Of a DNA stretch of 64,000 nt, positions 27,676 through 36,587 are shown piece by piece. Location: contig JALVVL010000017.1 of the NCBI GenBank assembly GCA_027023425.1, positions 12,942-76,941 of the forward strand, written 5' to 3'. Origin of the DNA: Anaerolineales bacterium. GTDB taxonomy: Bacteria; Chloroflexota; Anaerolineae; Anaerolineales; DRMV01. Under the pieces are notes generated by a model. It saw only the letters and a program-made list of their open reading frames with translations, was not told where the DNA came from and did no database searches. The translations under genes and the position numbers were made by a program. The first letter of the stretch is position 1, and every line of letters starts with the position of its first letter.

Positions 27676-28449
27676 TCAGCGGAAAAGGTCTTTTTCCCGC
27701 GGGCGGATGAGTTCGCGGAACGACGATTCACGAAGCGGATAAGGAAAACCGCGCACATGCACTGCGGGAATCGCTTCATCCGCCTGCCCCATCACCAGCG
27801 AAGCGGCGGCGGCGAGTTCGTCTGCCGCGCCAATTTGGGTGATGCGGAGTTCACGCCCGAGCAAGTCATACCTGCCGCGCAGGTCAACCAGCGCAGGCAC
27901 GCCGCTGACGCCAATGGCAACGCCCATTGTGCCCAAGCGCCAAGCCCGACCATGCGAATCATTGATTATCACACCAAGCCGCCTACCAGTGGCGGCTTCT
28001 AACCGAGAACGCAGGCGCGCCGCCGATTCATCGGGGTTTTCGGGCAAAAGGAGCACGCAGTCCTCGCTGCCGCAGGCGTTGGAATGATCAATACCCGCGT
28101 TGGCGCAGACAAAGCCGCGCTTGTGCTCCACAATCAACACGCCGGGCACGGCGCGGAGCACCTCTGCACTTTCGCGCAAAATCAATTCCACCAAGCGCGG
28201 GTCTTTTTGGGTAAGCGCCGCCAACTCCCGCGCTTTGGGTGAAGGGGAGACGGCGTTCAAATCCACCATGCGGCCTTCGGCGCGCGAGACAATTTTCTGC
28301 GCCACCACGACCACATCGCCGTCGCGCCACAAAACGCCGGAGCGCTCCGCGGCTCCCAAAATCAGCGCCGCGAGGTCATCTCCCCTTTCCACCAAGGGAA
28401 TGCCAAGGAGCGGCGTGAGCACAAGCGGTTGGGGATGCCGCGCCGTCAC
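27676..28449 (-). CDS. cofE: coenzyme F420-0:L-glutamate ligase CofE
   Basis: Motifs GIPLVERGDDLAALI, VVVAQKIVSRAEGR and FVCANAGIDHSN. Its GTG start overlaps the upstream stop (GTGA). Confidence 0.85.
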   Translation of the reverse strand: MTARHPQPLVLTPLLGIPLVERGDDLAALILGAAERSGVLWRDGDVVVVAQKIVSRAEGRMVDLNAVSPSPKARELAALTQKDPRLVELILRESAEVLRAVPGVLIVEHKRGFVCANAGIDHSNACGSEDCVLLLPENPDESAARLRSRLEAATGRRLGVIINDSHGRAWRLGTMGVAIGVSGVPALVDLRGRYDLLGRELRITQIGAADELAAAASLVMGQADEAIPAVHVRGFPYPLRESSFRELIRPREKDLFR

Positions 28450-29114
28450 GATTGCCCCAATCCGACTATACGAACCCCCGCGGATTTTGCGCCGTAGGCT
28501 TTGTTGATGTAAATCAAGAGGCTGGTCAAGCCCTCCACAACGGGGGTATTTTCAATTGGGCCGGCGTCAATTGGGCGAAATCCTGCGGCTTCAACCAATT
28601 CCATCACGCGGCGGCGGTTTGCCTTGCCCCTGCCCGCCACCAAAACATCGTGGTCGGAAGGTTCGCCTTCCCAAAGCACGCCGTGGGCGATGTTTTGGAA
28701 CGCGTCCACCACCGCTACATCGTCGCCGAGGATTTGCTGTGCTTCAAGGGCGGCGCTTCCGGCTTCAGGCAGCCAAACTTTGGTAACTTTGGGGGGCTTT
28801 AGCGGCACGGTAACGTCCACCAAAATTTTGCCGTGGAGGGCATCGCGGACGGCTTCCAGCGTGGTGCGATGGGCGGCGTAAGGCACGGTGAGGATTACGA
28901 TTTCGCCGCGGAGCGCGGCTTCGTAGTTTTCAGCGCCGAAAACGGGGGCGTCGGGGTTGCCCAAGCGGGTGCGGATGGCATCCGCAGCGGAGCGAGCGCG
29001 TTCAAGGCTCCGAGAGCCGATGTAAATTGTGTAGCCCGCCTTTGCCCAACGGTAAGCCAGCCCGCCACCCTCGCGCCCAGTCCCCCCGAGGATTGCCAAA
29101 ACCGGTTTGGTCAT
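28446..29114 (-). CDS. npdG: NADPH-dependent F420 reductase (NpdG/Fno family)
   Basis: Rossmann motif LAILGGTGREGGGLA, a 222-aa size typical of the family, and a ggagg RBS. Confidence 0.8.
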   Translation of the reverse strand: MTKPVLAILGGTGREGGGLAYRWAKAGYTIYIGSRSLERARSAADAIRTRLGNPDAPVFGAENYEAALRGEIVILTVPYAAHRTTLEAVRDALHGKILVDVTVPLKPPKVTKVWLPEAGSAALEAQQILGDDVAVVDAFQNIAHGVLWEGEPSDHDVLVAGRGKANRRRVMELVEAAGFRPIDAGPIENTPVVEGLTSLLIYINKAYGAKSAGVRIVGLGQS

Positions 29115-29130
29115 GTTGCCTCCACGAGAT

Positions 29131-29296
29131 CAAATTAAAACATAGAAGACACAGAAAATTACAGAGAACACAGAATTTTTCTTTGCGCCTCTGGGCGAGG
29201 CAATGCCTCGCCCCTACTCTGCGCCTCTGCGTTAATCTTGGCGCCCTTTGTGCCCTTGGCGTTAATCTCCGTATCTTCTGTGCAATCTGCGGCTTC
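29131..29296. repeat. family-C modular repeat, inverted orientation relative to 51775-52250
   Basis: The reverse complement contains aacgcagaggcgcagagtaggggcgaggcattgcctcgcccagaggcgcaaaga...ctgtgttctctgtaattttctgtgtc. This matches modules of the 51.8-kb array. Confidence 0.7.
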
Positions 29297-29336
29297 AACG
29301 CCCGCCATTTTACCACTCCGTGCTATACTTTTGCAC

Positions 29337-30284
29337 ATGGATTACTACCTAAGCGCAGACATAGGCGGCACACAGTTGCGCGCGGCCTCCTTTGCGGCAG
29401 AAGGGGCGAAGCCGCTGCGCCGCGCCGCTCTGCCCACCAGCGGCGACGAGCCGGTGCTGGAGCGGCTCAAACGGCTGTTGCACTCTGTCCAGCCCAATGG
29501 CGGTACTTTGCTCGGCATCGGGGTCGCTTCACCGGGCCCGCTGGATCCGGTACGCGGGGTGGTGCTGGAAGCGCCCAACATTCCCGGCTGGCGCAACTTG
29601 CCGCTGAAAGCCCTGCTTGAAGACGAATTCGGCGCGCCGGTGGTTGTGGATAACGACGCCAACTTGGCCGCCTTGGGCGAATGGCGCTACGGTGCGGGCC
29701 GAGGTCATCACCACCTGCTCTACCTCACCATCAGCACGGGCATCGGCGCGGGGGTGATTGTAGGCGACCGCCTGATGCACGGCACGCGCGGCTTGGCCGC
29801 GGAACTTGGGCATGTGACTGTGGTGCCGAATGGCCCCTTATGCGGCTGCGGCAAGCGCGGGCATCTGGAAGCCGTGGCCTCGGGCACGGCCATCGCCCGC
29901 ATGGCAGCGGAAGCACTGGCGGCAGGGGAAAATTCCTCGCTGGCGGAACTGCCGCACCCTCCCACCGCCGCGGATGTGGCCGCGGCTGCACAGGCCGGCG
30001 ACCCGCTGGCGCGGCGCATCTTCGCCGAAGCCGGAACCCACCTCGGGCGGGCTTTGGCCGGCTTCCTGCACATTTTCAACCCCAGCGTGGTCATCCTTGG
30101 CGGCGGGGTGGTGCAGGCCGGCGACGTGCTGCTACGCCCGCTGGAAGAGACGATGCGCGCCGAGGTGATGTCGCCCGCTTACCTTGAAGGGCTAAAAATC
30201 ACAACAGCGGAATTGGGCGATAATGCCGGATTATTGGGGGCATTGACGGCAATTCGCGAAGCAACGTATGAGGCGCATTCATAG
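29337..30284 (+). CDS. ROK family sugar kinase (glucokinase-like)
   Basis: Starts MDYYLSADIGGTQLR (ATPase phosphate-1 motif). ROK zinc motif CGCGKRGHLE, plus GGGV. The track start at 29238 lies in repeat DNA. Confidence 0.8.
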   Translation: MDYYLSADIGGTQLRAASFAAEGAKPLRRAALPTSGDEPVLERLKRLLHSVQPNGGTLLGIGVASPGPLDPVRGVVLEAPNIPGWRNLPLKALLEDEFGAPVVVDNDANLAALGEWRYGAGRGHHHLLYLTISTGIGAGVIVGDRLMHGTRGLAAELGHVTVVPNGPLCGCGKRGHLEAVASGTAIARMAAEALAAGENSSLAELPHPPTAADVAAAAQAGDPLARRIFAEAGTHLGRALAGFLHIFNPSVVILGGGVVQAGDVLLRPLEETMRAEVMSPAYLEGLKITTAELGDNAGLLGALTAIREATYEAHS

Positions 30285-30363
30285 CAAAGCGCCAACCAAA
30301 GCCCAAAGCGCACAATTTTACATCCCCCTAACCACGTCCTAACAACAAATTCTCACAATGTTA

Positions 30364-30510
30364 GGAGTTACGCAGTTCTCCCGCTTCATGTCACCGCGGG
30401 GCGGTCGTAGACCGCCGAAGCGGTCTACCCCACTGGGGGATGGCTTCGCCGCCTATAGCGGCTCGCCATGAGATGAAAACGAGCACTTCTATGGGCAACC
30501 GCATAACTCC
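30364..30510. repeat. family-B ~140-bp repeat with terminal inverted repeats (ggagttacgcag ... gcataactcc)
   Basis: Aligns along its length with 52750-52882. Shared blocks are gtcaccgc, gatggcttcgcc, gcggctcgccatga and gaaaacgagca. Confidence 0.75.
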
Positions 30511-30536
30511 TACATTTATGGCTTTTTCCTGTCAGA

Positions 30537-33464
30537 CTACCGCACCGCCACCAGCACCGCCCGCACCATCCGGCGGAAGGGATAGTCTCCCGTGGCCGGG
30601 TCGTAGCCCTCACAAGTCACTAAGGTCAGAACATCATACTTTTCATGCTTCAACAGCATGTGGTGCGCCGCCCAACTTCGCGCCGATAAGCGCTTGTTCT
30701 CCCGCACTTCGTACACATACACCCGACCCCAGGCGTGGATTTCAATCCGGTCGCCATAGCGCAGGTCTTTGAGGTGCAGGAACGGCCCCGGGGTATTGTC
30801 CGCGTTCCACACATGCGCCGTCAGCACCGTGTTCCCGGCCCAAGTGGGGAAGGCCGTACCTTCCAACCAGCCCACTGCATTACCCAACCACGACACATCC
30901 CAGCCATTTTCCGTCAGGGGCACGCCCACGATGGGCAGGCCAAGCCCCAAGGATGGAATCGTCAGCCGCATGTCCATCCCAGCATAGGCTTTAGTGGCCG
31001 GCTGCTGCGGCAAAGTCGTGACCACCCCGCGCGGGAAACCGGTTTTAGGCGGCGCGGGATGTTGCACCACAAAATCATAGATGCTGTCATGGCCGCCGTT
31101 GAGGTGGTTGCCTACAAGATCAGTGATGGACGTAGTGCCGCACACGAAGAGGCGATAGGTGCCGTCAGGCAGGGGCACACCGTTGTTGATATGCGCCGTG
31201 GCCGTGAAGGTGGCGCTGTCGTAGGTCACGCTGTTCACGGTGATTCGGGTATCGTCGGCCTGCACACCGCCTGCGCAGGAGACGGTATCAAAAGCATCGT
31301 TCTTCCCCCGTTCCACCAGCAGGTAGTTGGCCGGATTGGTCACATCGTTGGGGCCGGTGTTGCCCGGCGGGTCATTCACGGCCTCGCTGAAATGCACTTG
31401 GAACGAAGTGAAACCTTGGGTGTAAGCAGAAGTTACAGGGGGACTGACAACTGTGGGCCCAGCCGCATCGTAAGTAACCGTATTGTCGGTGCTGGTGCTG
31501 GCATTGTTGGGGTTGCCGTCCCAATCAGCCACGCGGTTGGCCGCAATGGAAGCCGTCACGGTGCCCGCACCGCTCATACCGCTGACGGCGATATCAAAAG
31601 TCGTATGGTCATAAGGGCTAATCTCGGTAACAGTCGCCGAAAGTGTACCCGAGACTGTACCGCCCAAAGTAACATCAGAGGCATCAAAGGTTGCCGGATC
31701 CACAAAGGGAGTAAATACCGCTGTGAAATGGATGGGGCCTACGTTGGTCGGGTCGGGTTGAGTGGCGGCCTGATTCACGGTCACAGTAAGGGGTGCACGA
31801 CGCACTTCATAAGCCCCAATGTCGCAATGGCTGCCCTGGGGGCGGGCCACGCCGCGCTGGTCGGTGGACGGGCATTCATTGTCCGCCCCGGCGTCTATGG
31901 CGGGAGAGCCAGATTTGAGCGGAAAGACTTGCCGTCCAGGGCCTCCAAAGTCGGTGAGCGCACCTAATTGAGGGTCTTTGCCAATGATGTTGCCGTTGAC
32001 ACCGTCAGTTAAGCCGCAAGCGTGGGCACTGTCCTCAATCAGATTATGGCTTGAAGTATCAGCAATAGCGCTATTAGGGCCGAAGTTGACACAATCTCCA
32101 CCAGAACCGCTGTTGGCGATAATAACATTGATGAGCACTGGCTTGCTTTGGCCGGAGTTGTACATCCCATCACCATCACCACCGTGGGCCGAATTGTTAG
32201 AGAAGGTGACGTTTGTCAATACAGGGCTGCTGTCAAAATTTTCGATACCCCCACCATAATCATAGGCTGAATTACCAAAAAACGTGACGTTCGTCAGTCT
32301 GGGGTTGCTCTTGTAGTTGGAGAGCCCGCCTCCGCTGCCGAATAGTAAGAAATCAGTAAAGAAGCCAACCGCCGCATTGTGCATGAAGGTTACGTTCGTT
32401 AAAACAGGGCTACCCTCAACGCTAAGCATCCCACCACCAAAAGCGGCAGAATTCCCGGAGAAGGTCACATCTGTCAGTGTAAGGCTGCCGCCGTAATTGG
32501 AAATCCCGCCCCCATCACCATCGCCATAAACCGAATTTCCGGAGAAAGTCACATTTTTTAGGGTAAGGTTACTGCCGCCACTGGCTATTCCGCCGCCGTC
32601 ATAGAGGGCGTCATTATTGGAAAAGATAACATTTGTCAATTGAGGGCTTCCCCCACCGATGATCATCCCGCCGCCCGCCTCCTCGGCCTCGTTGCGGGAA
32701 AAGGTAACTTCCGTCAAAATAGGACTGCCCTCCTCTTCATACATCCCGCCGCCATCAAGGTAGGCGTGGTTATCAGAGAAAGTCACATGCGTAAGTTTAT
32801 GGCTACTGTAAACGCTGAAGATTCCGGCGCCATCGTAGGCCAAATTGCCAGAGAAGGTGACGTTCCGCAGCGTAAGGCTGCTGTGCTCGCTGTGTAGCCC
32901 GCCGCCCTCGCGTTTGGGGGAATAAAAATCTTCATCATTAGCCTGTCCCGCGGTGATAGTGAAGCCGTCCAGCACGGCGCCGTTGTTCACATGGATAGCG
33001 GTAAGGACATGATAAGCGTTGTTCCCAGCGAGGTCCAGAATGCTGGTGACCACACCGTGGGCATCGGTGGTGTCATTTTGGTCAATGTCCCCGCTGAGGA
33101 CAGTGATGTTGTGCTCTGGGTCGCGCTGGTCGCGGGCGGTTTCCGTGCCCGCGAAGCCGCCGTAAAGCGCCACCCCGTTCTTGAGCCGGAAGGTGCTGTT
33201 GCGGTCATCATTCGTCTGCCCGGCGCCTTCGTCCGGGTAGTACACGCCGGCTGCCACCCAAATTTCGGTGCAGCCGGCGTCGGCCAGCGCGTCCTGCAAG
33301 GTGGTGTAGGCATCGGCCCAACTGGTACCGTTGTTGGCACCGGTAGCGTCGGCCTTCACATAACAAATCGGCCCGGCCGCGCGCACCGCCGGTGCGGGCA
33401 ACAGGGCCAAGATGACGCTCAACACGAGCGCCGCACGGATCAGGCGTTGGAAAAAGGTTTGCAT
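30537..33464 (-). CDS. secreted parallel-beta-helix (Pmp/PbH1-like) protein with Ig-like modules and a C-terminal sortase domain, paralogue 1
   Basis: Signal peptide from MQTFFQRLIRAALVLSVILALLPAPAVRAAG. About 10 units of the L(T/K)NVTFSGNSA..GGG type, then DQRGVARPQGSHCDIGAYE. C-terminal His (VLTAH), Cys (TLVTC, 30612-30614) and Arg (PFRRMV), with sortase-like spacing of 67 and 13 aa. PPKTGF lies at 31035-31052. Confidence 0.8.
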   Translation of the reverse strand: MQTFFQRLIRAALVLSVILALLPAPAVRAAGPICYVKADATGANNGTSWADAYTTLQDALADAGCTEIWVAAGVYYPDEGAGQTNDDRNSTFRLKNGVALYGGFAGTETARDQRDPEHNITVLSGDIDQNDTTDAHGVVTSILDLAGNNAYHVLTAIHVNNGAVLDGFTITAGQANDEDFYSPKREGGGLHSEHSSLTLRNVTFSGNLAYDGAGIFSVYSSHKLTHVTFSDNHAYLDGGGMYEEEGSPILTEVTFSRNEAEEAGGGMIIGGGSPQLTNVIFSNNDALYDGGGIASGGSNLTLKNVTFSGNSVYGDGDGGGISNYGGSLTLTDVTFSGNSAAFGGGMLSVEGSPVLTNVTFMHNAAVGFFTDFLLFGSGGGLSNYKSNPRLTNVTFFGNSAYDYGGGIENFDSSPVLTNVTFSNNSAHGGDGDGMYNSGQSKPVLINVIIANSGSGGDCVNFGPNSAIADTSSHNLIEDSAHACGLTDGVNGNIIGKDPQLGALTDFGGPGRQVFPLKSGSPAIDAGADNECPSTDQRGVARPQGSHCDIGAYEVRRAPLTVTVNQAATQPDPTNVGPIHFTAVFTPFVDPATFDASDVTLGGTVSGTLSATVTEISPYDHTTFDIAVSGMSGAGTVTASIAANRVADWDGNPNNASTSTDNTVTYDAAGPTVVSPPVTSAYTQGFTSFQVHFSEAVNDPPGNTGPNDVTNPANYLLVERGKNDAFDTVSCAGGVQADDTRITVNSVTYDSATFTATAHINNGVPLPDGTYRLFVCGTTSITDLVGNHLNGGHDSIYDFVVQHPAPPKTGFPRGVVTTLPQQPATKAYAGMDMRLTIPSLGLGLPIVGVPLTENGWDVSWLGNAVGWLEGTAFPTWAGNTVLTAHVWNADNTPGPFLHLKDLRYGDRIEIHAWGRVYVYEVRENKRLSARSWAAHHMLLKHEKYDVLTLVTCEGYDPATGDYPFRRMVRAVLVAVR

Positions 33465-33524
33465 AGCAGCCCCCGATAAGGCATCCTGCTTCCCCCGCGG
33501 GTGCTTCGGCAAAGCCTCAGCACC

Positions 33525-33561
33525 GCGCCCCGCTCTCTCCCCTTGGGAGAGAGCGGGGCGC
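33525..33561. repeat. perfect GC-rich hairpin related to the family-D core
   Basis: gcgccccgctctctcccc / ttgg / gagagagcggggcgc. It lies between the two paralogues, 120 nt downstream of paralogue 2, in the 5' region of paralogue 1. No U-tract follows it. Confidence 0.6.
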
Positions 33562-33683
33562 AGCCGCCGAGCATGAGCGATGCGGCGGGGGATAAGTAAA
33601 GGTGTTCAGACATAACAGCGCTACTTTCATCGTCAACCGATTTTTTCTTCTTCAAACAGTGTTCTCAACGGCGGGCCAAGGGA

Positions 33684-36587
33684 CTACCGCACCGCCACCA
33701 GCACCGCCCGCACCATCCGGCGGAAGGGGTAGTCTCCCGTGGCCGGGTCGTAGCCCTCGCAGGTCACTAAGGTCAGAACATCATACTTTTCATGCTTCAA
33801 CAGCATGTGGTGCGCCGCCCAACTTCGTGCCGGTAAGCGCTTGTTCTCCCGCACTTCGTACACATACACCCGGCCCCAGGCGTGGATTTCAATCCGGTCG
33901 CCATAGTGCAGGTCTTTGAGGTGCAGGAACGGCCCCGGGGTATTGTCCGCGTTCCACACATGCGCCGTCAGCACCGTGTTCCCGGCCCAAGTGGGGAAGG
34001 CCGTACCTTCCAACCAGCCCACTGCATTACCCAACCACGACACATCCCAGCCATTTTCCGTCAGGGGCACGCCCACGATGGGCAGGCCAAGCCCCAAGGA
34101 TGGAATCGTCAGCCGCATGTCCATCCCAGCATAGGCTTTAGTGGCCGGCTGCTGCGGCAAAGTCGTGACCACCCCGCGCGGGAAACCGGTTTTAGGCGGC
34201 GCGGGATGTTGCACCACAAAGTCATAGATGCTGTCATGGCCGCCGTTGAGGTGGTTGCCCACAAGATCAGTGATGGACGTAGTGCCGCACACGAAGAGGC
34301 GATAGGTGCCGTCAGGCAGGGGCACACCGTTGTTGATGTGCACCGTGGCCGTGAAAGTGGCGCTGTCGTAGGTCACGCTGTTCACGGGGATTCGGGTGTC
34401 GTCGGCCTGCACACCGCCTGCGCAGGAGACGGTATCAAAAGCATCGTTCTTCCCCCGTTCCACCAGCAGGTAGTTGGCCGGGTTGGTCACATCGTTGGGA
34501 TCGGTGTTACCGGGCGGGTCATTCACGGCCTCGCTGAAATGCACTTGGAACGAAGTGAAACCTTGGGTGTAAGCAGAAGTTACAGGGGGACTGACAACTG
34601 TAGGCCCAGCAGCATCGTAAGTAACCGTATTGTCGGTGCTGGTGCTGGCATTGTTGGGGTTGCCGTCCCAATCAGCCACGCGGTTGGCCGCAATGGAAGC
34701 CGTCACGGTGCCCGCACCGCTCATACCGCTGATGGCGATATCAAAAGTCGTATGGTCATAAGGGCTAATCTCGGTAACAGTCGCCGAAAGTGTACCCGAG
34801 ACTGTACCGCCCAAAGTAACATCAGAGGCTTCAAAGGTTGCCGGATCCACAAAGGGGGTAAATACCGCTGTGAAATGGATGGGGCCTACGTTGGTCGGGT
34901 CGGGTTGAGTGGCGGCCTGATTCACGGTCACAGTAAGGGGTGCACGACGCACTTCATAAGCCCCAATGTCGCAATGGCTGCCCTGGGGGCGGGCCACGCC
35001 GCGCTGGTCGGTGGACGGGCATTCATTGTCCGCCCCGGCGTCTATGGCGGGAGAGCCAGATTTGAGGGGAAAGACTTGCCGTCCAGGGCCTCCAAAGTCG
35101 GTGAGCGCACCTAATTGAGGGTCTTTGCCAATGATGTTGCCGTTGACACCGTCAGTCAGACCGCAGGCATGGGCACTGTCTTCAATCAAGTTGTGGCCTG
35201 AATTCGTGGAGATCGTGGCATTAGAGTCATTGGCGCAATCCCCGCCGGAAGGACTGTTCGCGATGATAACGTTGGTCAGTACGGGAGTGCTGTTGCCCCC
35301 ATTGAAGATCCCACCGCCGTTATTAGCTGAATTATCAGAGAATGTCACGTTAGTTAATACAGGACTGCTGTCGTAATTACCACTATAGGTGTAGAATCCA
35401 CCGCCATTACCATACGCCGAATTGCCAGAAAAGGTGACGTTCTTCAATATAGGACTTCTGTGATAACTATAGTTGTAAATTCCTCCTCCATCTTCGTAAA
35501 GAGCCGAATTGTCAGAAAAAGTGACATTTATGAGAAATAGCCCGCCATCATTGTTAAACAAGCCACCACCCCCATAATACGCCGAGTTATTCGTGAAAAT
35601 AACCTCCCTCAATGTGGGGTTACCCCAAAAGTTGTACATCCCCCCGCCATCAGTGATCTCAGCCGAATTGCCGGAGAAAGAAACGCCTATCAGTATAGGA
35701 TTGCCAGAGTCATTATACATCCCACCCCCTTCATAAGCCAAATTATCTGAGAAGGTCACATTCGTCAGCTTAAGACTACTTTCAATACTATACACCCCAC
35801 CACCAGCGCCGTTATGAGCAGAGTTGCTCCCAAAAGTAACGTCTACCAGCGTAGGATTACCACCCCAAATGTACATTCCCCCACCGCTGCGGTTAGCTGA
35901 ATTATTAGAGAAAGTAATGTGTGTTAACGTGGGAGTGCCATTATTATTGTATATCCCACCCCCATCATAAGCCAAGTTGCCGGCAAAGGTAACATCCCGC
36001 AGTGTAGGGTCGCTGCGATTGTTGTACATCCCGCCACCCACGCTATTGGGATAATTTCCATTGGCCTGTCCGGCGGTAATAATGACACCGTCTAGGATAG
36101 TGCCGCTGTATGCCCCGCTGCCGGTGACCACATGGTAAGCGTTACCCCCACTGATGTTGTTGGTGTCAACGACCACACCGTGGGCATCGGTGGTGTCATT
36201 TTGGTCAATGTCCCCGCTGAGGACGGTGATGTTGTGCTCTGGGTCGCGCTGGTCGCGGGCGGTTTCCGTGCCCGCAAAGCCACCGTAAAGTGCCACGCCG
36301 TTCTTGAGCCGGAAGGTGCTGTTGCGGTCGTCGTTCGTCTGCCCTGCGCCTTCATCCGGGTAGTACACGCCGGCTGCCACCCAGATTTCGGTGCAGCCGG
36401 CGTCGGCCAGTGCGTCCTGCAAGGTGGTGTAGGCGTCGGCCCAACTGGTGCCGTTGTTGGCACCGGTAGCGTCGACCTTCACGTAACAAATTGGCCCGGC
36501 CGCGCGCGCCGCGGGCGCGGGCAACAGGGCTAAGATGACGCTCAACACGAGCGCCGCACGGATCAGGCGTTGGAAGAAAGTGTTCAT
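33684..36587 (-). CDS. secreted parallel-beta-helix protein with C-terminal sortase domain, paralogue 2
   Basis: Same architecture as 30537-33464, starting at MNTFFQRLIRAALVL (ATG 36587). The last ~495 aa differ from paralogue 1 at only 7 positions. PPKTGF lies at 34182-34199 and the TLVTC Cys codon at 33759-33761. Confidence 0.8.
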   Translation of the reverse strand: MNTFFQRLIRAALVLSVILALLPAPAARAAGPICYVKVDATGANNGTSWADAYTTLQDALADAGCTEIWVAAGVYYPDEGAGQTNDDRNSTFRLKNGVALYGGFAGTETARDQRDPEHNITVLSGDIDQNDTTDAHGVVVDTNNISGGNAYHVVTGSGAYSGTILDGVIITAGQANGNYPNSVGGGMYNNRSDPTLRDVTFAGNLAYDGGGIYNNNGTPTLTHITFSNNSANRSGGGMYIWGGNPTLVDVTFGSNSAHNGAGGGVYSIESSLKLTNVTFSDNLAYEGGGMYNDSGNPILIGVSFSGNSAEITDGGGMYNFWGNPTLREVIFTNNSAYYGGGGLFNNDGGLFLINVTFSDNSALYEDGGGIYNYSYHRSPILKNVTFSGNSAYGNGGGFYTYSGNYDSSPVLTNVTFSDNSANNGGGIFNGGNSTPVLTNVIIANSPSGGDCANDSNATISTNSGHNLIEDSAHACGLTDGVNGNIIGKDPQLGALTDFGGPGRQVFPLKSGSPAIDAGADNECPSTDQRGVARPQGSHCDIGAYEVRRAPLTVTVNQAATQPDPTNVGPIHFTAVFTPFVDPATFEASDVTLGGTVSGTLSATVTEISPYDHTTFDIAISGMSGAGTVTASIAANRVADWDGNPNNASTSTDNTVTYDAAGPTVVSPPVTSAYTQGFTSFQVHFSEAVNDPPGNTDPNDVTNPANYLLVERGKNDAFDTVSCAGGVQADDTRIPVNSVTYDSATFTATVHINNGVPLPDGTYRLFVCGTTSITDLVGNHLNGGHDSIYDFVVQHPAPPKTGFPRGVVTTLPQQPATKAYAGMDMRLTIPSLGLGLPIVGVPLTENGWDVSWLGNAVGWLEGTAFPTWAGNTVLTAHVWNADNTPGPFLHLKDLHYGDRIEIHAWGRVYVYEVRENKRLPARSWAAHHMLLKHEKYDVLTLVTCEGYDPATGDYPFRRMVRAVLVAVR

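Noticed and set aside
30735-31967. 410-aa plus-strand ORF (and its twin at 33882-35114)
   Set aside because: These are antisense shadows of the sortase-fusion genes. They are duplicated only because the underlying DNA is duplicated, and they have R/G/H-rich composition with no motifs.
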